Source: Bugula neritina (Eukaryota > Animalia > Bryozoa). Taken from it: a stretch of DNA of 64,000 nucleotides. Positions within the stretch are counted from its first letter, which is position 1. Each line of letters begins with the position of its first letter. The translations under genes were made by a program, and so were the position numbers. Shown here in pieces: positions 1 through 12,600 of this stretch. The stretch is from NCBI GenBank assembly GCA_964035545.1, contig OZ037767.1, positions 25,126,628 to 25,190,627 on the forward strand. Reading direction: 5' to 3'. Under the pieces are notes generated by a model. The model was not told where the DNA came from. It saw nothing but the letters and a program-made list of their open reading frames with translations, and ran no database searches.

Positions 1-1357
1 TCATATACCAACTTCACACTATTTTACAAGTACAGCCCATCAGTCTAATTAAACTGACAAGGAGTTATCTCCCACACAAGTAGTGCAAATAAATGCTCAA
101 AAATTTTTCTTTTGTTTCCGAAATTAGGTTTAGGAATGACTTGGCAGACTTTTTAATAAAAAATATTTATTTAAATTAATTCCATTCCCTTCCATGAAAC
201 TTTTTGACATTGGCAACTTCAATGATATGAATTTAATTACAAAGGTTATCAATACAATGAGCTCTTCAATGTCTAACCTTTGCCAGTAATATTTGCTGTT
301 GACCTCAATGGAATAACGTATTGCACTAATAGCATTGCACAAATAGTGTATATAATTATGTATGACGCAAATCAGTATATCTTAAGCAACATTGAAATAA
401 AATATGTCTACTTTTCTATACTACAAAATACAATAACCTAGTTAATAGTATAGACAATATTACATTATACAGAATATGTACTGATAGTCACACAAAGAAA
501 TTTAATAAACCTATAGAGTTAGAAATGTTGCGCTCCTAAATCCATTTAATGAGGACCATAATAAGCAAATGGCAATATTTTCAGGTTTAACTTTTAGAAA
601 TGAAATCCCAGTTTGATACACTCAAGTTATAACTGACTACGCCAAGTGGCATAACGTTAGCAACATCAACTAAGACTATGTGTTTGAACTGTTATTACCT
701 AGACTAAGATCAATATATACTTCTACCCTGAAGGAGCCCAGCTTTTCCTGCTGCCAAATGCGTAGTGGATATTTTCTCTCTAATTACCCTGCTATAATTA
801 TTATCATTAGCTGCTAGTTGGAAATTCATTTGTATCGCATATGATGAATGATAAGAGTTATAAATATTCAATATTGATATAACTCTCAAAGAGATATAAA
901 AAGCAAGACTAGATGGGTATTTGCCATGTGTTTCTACATGAAGCCCCTAGGCATGCCATCATGCATTAGCTAATTACTCCAACGTTCAGCTAATAAATCT
1001 AAAAATACATTATTTAGCTTAGTTAAATATAGTTATACAGACTAAAAGCTTAATTAGAGAAAAAACAATTATAGAAGCATTTTTATATTATATATAATTT
1101 ATGATAAACGTGAAACTGTTAACAGCATGTTTCATAATAGCATCTTTGTTATTTATTGTAAAATTATGAGTTTCGTGTTTGTTTTTTAATTGTTAACAAA
1201 TAAAAAAATAGTGAATAAACAAACTTATAGAAAAATTAGGGTTTCAACACAATAATATTTTTGTGCATATTAACAGAACTGTAAATTACTATAGAGCTAT
1301 AATTTGTATAAAAGTAAAAGGAGTGGAATAAAACATCAAGATTAGATATGAGCCACA

Positions 1358-1581
1358 AGGAGCAGCCATGGTCTAGGGGGTTAGAGCGTTTGCCTAGTAA
1401 ACACGAGGCCATGGGTTCGAGCCCGGACAAAGGCCGTTGGTGATGTTAGAAAAAGCATCCAGTCATAATTGCTCCTGTGCCTCACTTAAATAAATCCTTA
1501 GCCCGCTCTAACAAAAACCCTCTTCATCAGGGGTTTTCTCACAGAGATAGCAACTATAAACTTCCATGGTTGATTTGATAT
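1358..1581 (+). mobile_element. tRNA-Thr(AGT)-derived SINE, full length
   Basis: A box TGGTCTAGGGG, anticodon-loop-like CTAGTAA, B box GGTTCGAGCCC, short TTGAT-type tail. Perfect 18-bp direct repeat GATTAGATATGAGCCACA at 1340-1357 and 1582-1599 (TSD). Two more copies in the window. Confidence 0.9.
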
Positions 1582-2185
1582 GATTAGATATGAGCCACAT
1601 CTTGCATCCAAAGATAAATATGTTTGTACTTTTCTATTATAAATTGTACAAACTGTGTTTTTCAAATACTGTAGTTTACAGGTTTCAGAGTCTGTCAAAA
1701 CGGAGAAAAATTTAGCCATGTCTGTCAAATTTTTTGTTTTGTAGAACGATCTAAAGACATTAATAATCTGAGTGGTAGTGTTTTAATTTATTTAAACCAC
1801 ATAATCAAGATAGCATATGCAGTTATTTCTTCCAAGGAGCTACTTTAGAATTTTACAGCATTTTTGCAAAATAGGTTATTGCTAAAACTGCGAAACCATA
1901 TAACTTTGGCATTATAGAAAGCACTGGTAACTAAACTGTTCTACGGAGTTGTAGAACAGTTTAGTTGAGTCGAGTCGATTGTATTTCTCTTGAAGTCTAC
2001 AAAAGCAATTCTAATATATATAAGCTAGGTTTGACAACACCAGTTTCAAAATAATTGCTATAGAGGATTTCAGAGCTGCCCAAAAATTATTGCGTTGTTA
2101 CAGATTCAGATCTTTTTCACTCTAGCTTAAATGTATTCTCTATACTTATACTGTACATCTATAATCTAATTGACTCATGTCTCTT

Positions 2186-2390
2186 ATATATATTGCACCA
2201 TGTGTTTTAATATACTGTCCCATGTAACTTATATATTGTCCCATGTGCCTTATATATTGTCCTATATGTCTTATATAATGTCCTATATGTCTTATATACT
2301 GTCCTATGTGTGTTATATACTGTCCTATGTATGTTATATATTGTCCTATGTGTATTTTATATGCTCTCTCATGTGTCTTGTATATACTAA
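2186..2390. repeat. 21-bp minisatellite (~9 units)
   Basis: Unit ~TTATATACTGTCCTATGTGTC; explains the 7-aa-periodic ORFs 2146-2427 and 2170-2394. Confidence 0.9.
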
Positions 2391-2412
2391 TTAAAGCTTC
2401 TGTTACGCTGAC

Positions 2413-2427
2413 CTTATAGTTGTCCAT
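2413..2427 (-). CDS. Candidate first coding exon (MDNYK) of an unresolved minus-strand gene running left
   Basis: Acceptor TTTACATAG, then AAG-ATG GAC AAC TAT AAG and donor GTCAGC; possible upstream donor near 2694. Downstream exons could not be assembled. Confidence 0.25.
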
Positions 2428-2932
2428 CTTCTCTCAAACTATGTAAACAAGTAAAACACCTTCTCCAAGTGCATATTGACCATATTCTCCATCACATAAA
2501 AAATAAAGCTCTAAATAATGTGGATGACGTAGAAAAACTGAATTCAAGTTATTTGGCTGTTTTATAAATTTTAATAAACAGAAACTTCTTATGTGAACTC
2601 TGCACACTACTATTCTTTGCTCGATTAATTTTCAACATCAAACTACAACACAATTATTGTACTCTAGTGTGATGAGATTCGCTTCTTGTCTTACCGTCAA
2701 TAGATTTTACGCCTTCATTTTCCATCAATTTATTTTCCGAAGCTAGAAATTTTAATAGATTTGAATTGATTTTTGCTTCTAATTAAGTTCAAGCATGCAG
2801 TTTGATAGTGGAGAATAGTTCTGGATAGCAACGGTGCCAGCAGCACTATAGTGTTAGAGTATCTCAGTTGTAGCACTCAATATTCATATAGCTCTCTAAG
2901 AGTTGCTTGAAGCTATACAGTTCTACAGGAAA

Positions 2933-5900
2933 ATGTAAGCTTATACACTTATTTTTATTACGATCTTTTCTTCTATCTAGAAAAAGAACAGAAAATATTT
3001 TTATTAATAAGTTTATAAGAAACATTGTGGTTTTATTACTTTATTAAGCAACGTAATTAACTAATATTTCGGGCACCACATAGTGTGCCGATCTTCAGAG
3101 TAACAATGAATGATTTGTTGTTACTCTAAAGATGGGCACAGTATGTGGTGCCCGAAATATTAGTTAATTACTTTGCCTAATAAAGTAATAAAACCACAAT
3201 GCTTATCGTATACTTATTCATAATTAAATTTCTAGCTGTAAAGATATATTTAAAATATTTTTACTAGTAAAATTTTAATTAGCTATTATTCAATACTCTA
3301 TAATTAAAATTATATTGGGTAATGCTAGCTTACGTACGGGCAATACTTCATATGTTTACGCTTAAAGAAGCTAACATAACATTCAAGTTTTAAGCTAATG
3401 AATGTCAATGAAAAGCTATATGCATGCACGAAGGTATGTAATTAATATAAACGCAATGAATGATTACAATAAACTTATTACCTCTGCGCCATTATTTCAT
3501 ACATGTCTAGCTTATTGATACGTTAAACCAGAAGCACAATTACGTCAATAAGTAAGATACATTCATTTGATACGCAGTGAAGTAGTCCATGAGTTTGCAT
3601 AGCAGTATAATATGGGGGACTTGAGGAGCAGGTCGCACTTCATGTAACTCAAGAGCGTAATTTTAAACACTTGCTAATAAACCTTTTAATAGGAGACTTC
3701 AGCTGTGTAATAACTTTTAGCTGCTGCTACATGTGGTTGTCAATTTTATCAAATACTAACAACAGGTGCTTGCTGAAAGATAAAGGTTGCTGTGCTACAA
3801 TCGGCAAGTGGCTGAGACATTCCTGTGTGGCAATCTTTTGTCCCAAAAATAAGAATATTTTGCAAGCAGGTAAGTTGATAAAGAGAGAAATTAATAAGAT
3901 CATGTATAAAAGATCTATACAAGATATATTTATACAAGATTTGTGTAGAAGATGTGCATAAATTAAATAAACATATAAAATATAAAATATTTATAGTATA
4001 ATATAATATTGCAAGCTAAGAGCAATGATGTAATCTATATATTTAAGCTCAGAAATAATTAAAATAGATGAAGCTTTTTTCAATATATCTTGTTATTGAT
4101 GCGTTATTGGTTCAATATTTAACACTATTGTCAAAATACTTTGATATAACTTGCTTTTCAATGCTTTCACTAAATACATTCATGGTTTTCTTCCACTTTC
4201 ATGTCAAAAAGGGCCTTGGGTGGGTGAGTCCATAGTTCTACTATATTATAATGCAATGGTGATTTACAGTCAAAATATAAGATGGTTGGAGGGTAAATAA
4301 ATATGATCTGACATTGTAAAACTGCACTTACACCTGTATTAATGTTGCGGTAGAGAATATTTGTCTATTATTTTGCACTGAAATTTGATTTCAATATTTT
4401 TGAGTGAGGGCCTAATGCTAAACTCTCACCCTAACTGTGAAGTTTTAACTCCTCAATTCATGCCAATGTCTGAAAGCACATATTTCCTAACATCATAAAT
4501 TACTAACAATGACTGTGGGACTTCAAACACATACTAATAAGTGTTTCACGACAGATAAACATCCTTATCTGCTGAAAAATAGCTGGCGTTTTAAAAAATG
4601 GAATTTCAGCTAAAATCTACAACTATACACAAGTTATGGTTAATATTAGATGAATAATTAGCACATAGCAATACACCAAAAAACAACTCGGATAATGTTA
4701 GTAAACTTGTATGAAGAACTTCAAAATAGTATAGAAGCTTGTTACAATGGATATATATTATATTTTATACTGCATAATTCTATAGCATGTGATGAAATAT
4801 TATAACTGCAACAAAAATATCTCAACAACTCCAAGTTGTTACAGTTTAGTAAAAACTAACCAACTCCTATACTACTCTAAGTGTACCTGTTGACTATTCT
4901 AGTGCGTGTCTAATAAGAAGATTATTTACAACTAGGCTAATGCACACTCAATTCTCTGATGTAAAATAAAAATTAACCTCGTTTCATATGCAAGTCAAAA
5001 CAATAATGCATCTATGTATTTATTGAGCCTAAATAGAAAATTTTAGCTCTTTATAACTGAACACAAACAGTTCCATTCCAGCATGTCTGAAAAGAGTAGT
5101 CGAGTAGTTTGTGTTACTAGCATCATTTGATTGGGTGTTGTTGATTTTTAACTTCCTAGTACAAAAGTTTTTGGTGCCTAAAAGCAAGTATAGTTTTTAT
5201 GTATAATGAGATTATCTCTTAAGTTTTAAAATGCGCTACCTATAAAAAAACTTTGTCATTTTTCAAACCTGCAAGTTGTAATTAAAAAGGAACCGCTTTT
5301 TGAAACAGCTCAGTAAGAAACTTGAAAAATGTCTTTGAAATTAATTATAGAAGCAAAATCTTTTGATACACCGGAATAAAGCTTTTTTGCATTCAAAACT
5401 AATTTGTTTCTGAGGATCAATTTGTGTCCTAAGCTTTTTACAGTTAATACTCATGTTATCACAATAGATTAAAAGTTAACTTATAGCTGCCGAATAATAT
5501 TTATTGTTTTGTTTAGTAGATTGTAATGATGTAAGCAAATAGCATATTGAAGCAATGTGCACATTATTCTTCCTTAATTAGTATTTTTTGCTATCTTTAG
5601 TTATAAAACCATAAACAATATTATTAAATTCTACTTTGCTCACACTGACTATTGTGCTCAGATTTGACAGCTTCTTTTGTCTGGTTGCTTTTGTGAAGGC
5701 AGCTTTTGCAAGAGGAAGCTACACATTAATTACTATGCGACAGGCCATATCTTTGTAAGAACCTTAAAAATAATATATTTTTTTTTAGATTTTTGTGAAG
5801 TTCAGACCAGAAAGATGGATGAAGCACATCGTACTGCTCCAGATAGCAGCATACAAGAAGGTCATGTGATGCTAGTGAAGCACACATTTGTACCTTACAA

Positions 5901-8677
5901 CAAGGATGAGCTCGGGGTAAAAATTGGTATGCTTGTTTATTTACTTTACTTATATTCAGATGTATGGGTCATTTTACATCCAAGTATGCAGTCATCTTGT
6001 CAATAAAAGTCTAGATTTTAGAAATTGGATTGTAGGGTCTATATTAACTCCACCCCCAAACCATGACTTTTCAAGTAAGAAATGACTGTAATCCCTTATA
6101 AATATAGATATACTATATTAGCTTATACATATTGACATTGCACAATTATATGACTTACAAAATCTGTTTATATTAGTTATTAATTGGGTTTCAAATGCCT
6201 GTTTACAGTAATAGTCTTTTAATGTCAAATATAAAACTAAACTACGGCCACATAAACTTATATTACATAATTAATTCAGACAGAAGATAAGTAGAGAGGT
6301 GCAAAACTTGACTACAAAGAGTACATAACTCCTGTTCATGCTCAACATTTGTAAAAATAGTCAGATGATTATTATGCAGGTATGCGCCTGCATAAACTTT
6401 AGAGTAACTACATATACCTGTAGAAACTATTAAGTTAATCTACAACTGTTATAGAAATTCTTTATTGGTCTTTTCTCAAAACTCTGGAACGTAAATGCTT
6501 GTCTTTGTAAACTGTCTCAAACTATCTACCACTTTTACACACTTCGGCAGTATTTTGCTAGCGTTAATTCAAGGTTTTACAGTAAAAGAAATCTGTAGGT
6601 ATATTTCAAATAGAGCATTGTAGCCCTATTTCCTACTCCCTATTATGCTATGCGAGATTGAGATTGAAATGTAGTAAAGGTGAATGTTTAATTCTAAAAT
6701 TAAAACATATGCTATAGTTGAAAGTAGTGATATATGTAGATTACAAATATGTTGTAATTGTTAGACTGTAGTTCTTTTTATTTGACATAATATATTCATA
6801 AGTAACATTTTTGAGTTCAAAGCAGAGCAAAGCTATAAAAATTTTAAAATCCTTTTAGAAGATATGTTCAATGGCAGACTATGACTATTGAGAAAGCTTC
6901 AGTTAACTTATATACTGCAGGGCAGATAGTGCACTCTGTACACGAAGAGAGCCAGTGGGTCTATGTAACCAATGACACAGGGGGACAGGGGTACGTCCCA
7001 ACCAACTATCTTATTAAAATAGACACCTATACAAAACCAAAGCTAGCCTCAGCTTCCAAAAAGCAATATCAAAAGACGATACCGTCACGAGTCAGCTCGT
7101 CCCCTAAAGCAGAAGCCACAAAGGCAAGCAGCCTAGATGGCTCTGCATCAGAGAGCACACAACTCCACAAGCAGAAGGATGACGAATGCCATGACAATAC
7201 ACTAGCAAAGAGTATTTCCTTTGGTGAGATAGAGTTAGGCGACTATGATATCTTTGGTTGTATCTCAGACTCTAACTCTCTAAAGTACAGTGATTCTGAG
7301 CAAAGCTTAAGTGGCAGTGAATATAACATGTCTTATGAGCCTTTCACTAAGAAACCATCCGGCAAATATCTCGTGCTGCATAACTTCCATGGAGAAGAGG
7401 AAGGCGACGTTTCTATACTGAAAGGTAAACATTTCTGTTTAAAATGTCATAAAAAATATATTCATACAGCAATTCAAACCATTGAATTCGAATTCTTGTG
7501 GTAGCTTTTTGCAGCTTTAGTTGCTTCATTATATTAGATAATATTCAATATAGTTTAATACTATTGATTTATTGTCACCTGGTTTCTGTTTTATTGCAAT
7601 AGTGATGAAATAATAGAAAGACAAACACTTCAATATGAGGCAATCCTAAACAACTGATACTGTATTTTTGCAATAATTTCATTAAAACGTAACATTGTAA
7701 GATATTGAATAACCATAATTCTCATGACAAATTATATATTGGCTGTGTTCAGCCACGATTGAAGTGTTATTTTTAACTATAGAAGATTTCTTGCAATTTC
7801 CTAATTCTAACTTTATCGGAATAATGTTCCTACAAACTCCTTTTTTACCCTAATTAATGTCAGTTTATTACAACTAAAGTCTATAGTTCGGCACATCCTT
7901 TATACCAGGTGACTGCGTCACTGTACTGAATAAAGATGACAGTGAGTGGTACTACCTGCAGACTTCTGATCGTAGAGAGGGTTTTGCTCCTAGAAGTTAT
8001 CTTTGGCAGGCTACTTGCTCATCACCACCGTCAGGTAAAAGTGTATGTTTGTACCAACTATGTTGTACAAGAAAACTGGTTGTAAAATGCTTCCATCAAG
8101 TATAACTCAACCTCTCTTAGCACATTGTGGCCTATACAAATTGGTATGTTGTCAAGTCTATTGCTGCAGAGAAGCAATTATAATCTCGGATGTTTTTTTT
8201 TGACAGCAGCAATGGCTCTGCTTGAATTCAAACCCATTAGGTTAGGATCATTACAGCTGCACTTCTTATAGGCTTATTCTCACCTCACCTATCTCCGCTT
8301 TGTTCGGCTTGGGTATCACGTCCTATAATAGGCTTGTATTAATAATTGTATGACACTTGCTTTTAGTTGATGCTGCTCTTCAACATTGAAAACTCTTAAC
8401 AAGTAAAAAGCACAGTTTTTGACTTAAACTAGATCTATCTACTTTCAAGACCAATTTAAGGTTATCCACTATTTTTAATGAGTTGTCATAAAATTAGTAA
8501 CATTAAATATCTTTTCTTTAATAACTTGAGACAATATGTTTAATGAAAGCAGATTATATTATGTAACTTAGTGACTAGGTATGCGAGAGGTCCAGCATGT
8601 AGTAATAATTTATAAATAGATTTTATAAACATTTAGTAAGCATTTAGTCATTTTCAGTTCCAACTATCATCATGTAA
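2933..8677 (+). CDS. Two-SH3 adaptor, Dlish/Vamana-like (~297 aa)
   Basis: Exons 2933-2934, 3766-3869, 5789-5926, 6921-7424, 7909-8034, 8658-8677; all GT-AG and phase-consistent. SH3-1: MLVKHTFVPYNKDELGVKIGQIVHSVHEESQWVYVTNDTGGQGYVPTNYL. SH3-2: KKPSGKYLVLHNFHGEEEGDVSILKGDCVTVLNKDDSEWYYLQTSDRREGFAPRSYL. Both resemble Dlish SH3-1/2 as recalled. First and last exons are less certain (alternative last exon near 8863-8894). Confidence 0.75.
3001..3223. mobile_element. 223-bp palindrome with two inverted minimal hammerhead motifs (probable Penelope-like element terminal remnant)
   Basis: Arms 3001-3106 and 3118-3223 are near-perfect reverse complements. Each arm has ACT-CT(G/A)AAGA-T-(G/C)GGCAC-loop-GTGCCC-GAAA-TATT-AGT followed by AATAAA. 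Confidence 0.7.
3060..3101 (-). ncRNA. Minimal type I hammerhead ribozyme motif (core intact)
   Basis: Minus strand: ACT CTGAAGA T CGGCAC ACTATGTG GTGCCC GAAA TA TT AGT. CUGANGA and GAAA boxes, stem II, 3-bp stem I (ACT/AGT), palindromic AATATT at stem III. Confidence 0.6.
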
Positions 8678-9633
8678 ATTATATGTTTTATAATTGTTCT
8701 TTCATTATACGTATAAATATTGATCATGATTTTATATACTGTAGTACTAATTGCAGAGAATATTTCATAAAGCACTTTTGTTGCTCTTTAATCATACACA
8801 AGTTAAACCAAAACATTATTATTTCTATCTGTTATGCATTGAGTACAATTTTATATTTGCAGAGAAGGCTGATGGGGAAGATTTTATATTCTAGAGCACC
8901 CAAGGTACTGGATACAACAAGAGAATAGTAATGCTGAATGTATAAAACGATCTGCAAAAAGAAATTGAAGCTGTAGATTCTATAAAGTGCTTTAAACTTT
9001 AGGAAAAGCAATGTTCTAGAATTTACTGCAGCAACAATTAGTTGAATGAAGTATAAATTGTATATTTACCACTACTGTGGTTTGACTTCAGTGTATGAGA
9101 AGAACAAAATACAATTCCTTACCTGAAAATTTAATTACAGCACCTTAAAAATAAATAATACATCAAACATAGTCACTTATGTAACAAAAATATTGAATTA
9201 TGAACTAAAATTAACACCCTAAAAAGTATGATAGTACATTTGATTAAATTATTAGTGAACGTTTCAGATAAAACAAATGATAAATGCAGATTAAAAACAG
9301 TCAACTCAACATCAAAAATATAGTTATGATACAGCACGGTTAAAACAAAGAAAAGAAATACATAACAGTAATTTCCTTTGTGAGGCTTACCATCATATAT
9401 ATTCATTATTTATTATTTGGTTGCTGCGTTAAGATAATTATGATAGGATTAAGAGTTTGTTTAGCTATCATAATGGTATGATTGTCTATGCTCCTAGTGG
9501 GATACTATTAGTACTGGTTAAAAATGTAAAATATAGTAAACAAAAAGCTTTATTTTGAACAACAAAAGTGGTGAAAGAATAAATGCATTAAATTTAATTG
9601 AGCAATATTTTTCATTAGTGGAAGAAAGACTGT

Positions 9634-12600
9634 TTACAAGAGTTGTCTTATCTCGTACACTAGAACGGCAGTCATCTGAGCATCTGAACTAGTAGACTCC
9701 TCACCAAACTCAATTTGATTGAGGGCGGATACCAGGTCCCCCTTCCTGTGCTGGTGCTCTTTATAGTCCGAGTTCTGCATAATGAGATGCATGAGAGAAA
9801 GGTACTCGGTTCTAGCCTAGAAATAGAAAATGACATGAGGCAACAGGCTGAATAACTTTTGAAAAGTAAAATCAAAGACCTTATTACTAGTTGTATAGCA
9901 AAAATCACTAAATTATTGAACCAATATCAATAAAAAAGCATTTTTATTCTTGAGTATTACAGTTGCAAGAACAGCTGATTCAGTTAACATCTATCAAGGA
10001 GTTATGGCTCTTGCAAAGTCGCTATTCACTGTACACATTAGTGCGGTCCTGTTATGACTCATATTAATATAAATAACTTACGGCATCATTCTCTGAGCGA
10101 TCAGTAATCTCTCTTATAATGATGTCTATCAGTACTTTCACGTCATTCATATATAAAAGTGTTGCTGTGCTTTTCAGTGAGTAGAGATCACTGGCGAATT
10201 TTAGCACACAGTTCATCTTAGCATCATCGGGGAAGATTTGTATAGGGTCTTCTACAAACATATTGTATGGCAGTTTAGCATTCACAGCCTGATGACTGAA
10301 GAGAAACATGATATATCTATAATATGCAGTTTATCTGTAGATGATGTAGCTACGATATGCCACACACATGATAAGACATTGTAAGCCTCTGAATCATCAA
10401 TTACCTGACTTTTTACTAATTAGATTTATATTATATTAAATATTATATTGATAGACACAAATCTATATATTGTGTAGTCAGTCAAATTCTAAACTTGCTA
10501 AATCTCATTCTTTCATTCCATATCTCTAACAACGCATCTTCTTTTTCATATCTCAAAACTAGAAATCAAACTAAAACTTCTAGCTAACTAAAACCGAGCA
10601 GAGATTAGAGAAATGCTCAAAAATATTACCTCCTTTGTTAAAGAGTTTCAGGAAGTTTTGCGTCAGCACAGTAGCCTCGCTGCACTTGGCCAACTCGGTG
10701 AGTATGACATTAGAATCTGGCTCTTCAAAGTGCAAGTTGAAGGCTAACAGCAGCTCCACACAGACATCTGAGAGGCGTAGATTCTCGCAATGCTCTATCT
10801 TGTCCAGCAGGAAGTTGACAAACTCGTCATTCAGCATACCTGACGAGTGAGAGAGGGAGGATAACCCTTATACACATCATTAGATATTGACACTCTTATA
10901 AACTAAAGCTTAAGGACTGTTATTAGATAGTGACACTCTTATAAGCTGAGGTTGAGAGATTGTTAATTAGCAGTTTGAAGCATTTGACTATCATAGAAAA
11001 GAAACTGTTTCTAAAACAATCCAGATGCACTTTCATCTCAGCTAAATACAAAAGTACTTGTATTGTAATGAAATAATTGTTTATTGACCAATCTGTCTAC
11101 AGGCCAGGGGGAATGTTCGGGCTGTAATGAGTTTTTTTAAAAAGTACTGTAAATAATACAATCTCAGTTCATAATAAATTGTTTGTTGAAAAGTTTTATT
11201 AGTTTTCTCAAATATTAAATTAATAAAGTGACCAATAAAATAAGTTATAATATCTCGTGCATCGCCTTAAATGGATACAAGTTAATAAAAAACAACATTG
11301 TTGTATTGTTGTTTACTAGACTCCTGGCATCAAAGAGCTTGCATGGCAGCAGCTATGATAGCCAATCTATTGCATGCCTGATGCTACTGTGAAGTGTATA
11401 TTAACATCAAAACCAATCATATAATTAGAGATGTCTTACCCTGATAATGAGCAGGAATAGGTTCCCTTGTAGAGAGTACCATACTAAGTAGTATAACTGA
11501 GTGAATACATCTTTGCTCATCTGTTAAACATTAATTACAATATAAATTCATGACTAGTTGTTCCACCTACTAGTTTCAGACTAATGTCTATTCAAATTGA
11601 TTCACTAACTCAAGCAATATTTAAAACACCCAAATCTATCAAATTTTAAATTGGATGACATTTTGGCACTTGGATGACATGCTAGAACAAGTGCTCTATG
11701 CTGAAACATACCTTCCACAGACATTATATCTTTAACTAATTCCAGAGTGAGAGAGGAGTAGAACAAGTTAGTAATGAAGACAGGAGACATGGTGCATAGA
11801 GCACCAAAGATCTGCGACATTGTAGAACGCAAAGCTGAGCGGGTTTCCATTTGGAAATATTGCACTAAATTTTGAACACAATCCAAATCTGCTTTTATGG
11901 AAACTTCAAGTGCCTCTTGGTTTCCCATTGTCTGCAATAAGTAAGTATTAATCTTAAATATTAATATATGCTACACTTCAGTATGCTGCGTAGACTGCTA
12001 TAGCGTATATACATGTAATATACTATACTAACGCAATGTAATATACTATACTAGTATACTGTAATATACTATGCTTATAATATACTGAAATACACTAAAC
12101 TAATATATGTATTATACTAATGTACTGTAAGATACTACACTAGTGTACCGTAAGAATACTACACTAATGTACTGTAATATACATTGGTGTACCGAAAGAA
12201 TACTACACTAATGTACTGTAATATACACTGGTGTACCGTAAGAATACTGCACCTACCAGTATTGAAAGCAGTCTCTTCAGATTTTCCTGAATTTCCTGCT
12301 CGTCGTCGTGTAAGTACCAGCCCCTCTGCTGAAAGTCATTCTTATATCTTGATACATTAGAGAACAACGTCTGCATCTCAACCACGTCTGGGTTCAGTGC
12401 CTCTGCACCACCTGGCAGCTTTTCCTAAAAGTAGTTTATAAGTAGAGGAATTTCAGAGAGAAAATTAAGAAATGGCGATATAAACATACCCTATTATTTA
12501 CTATATATGACATATTGTGTAATATACTCAATATACACACATTTTATACACTATAATATATACAAACATGTTATATACTAGATAAACATAAATATTAAAT

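Noticed and set aside
1360-1432. Functional tRNA-Thr gene
   Set aside because: Acceptor and anticodon stems do not pair; it continues into a repeated body flanked by a TSD, so it is a SINE head.
2146-2412. 7-aa-periodic ORFs on both strands
   Set aside because: Translation of the 21-bp minisatellite.
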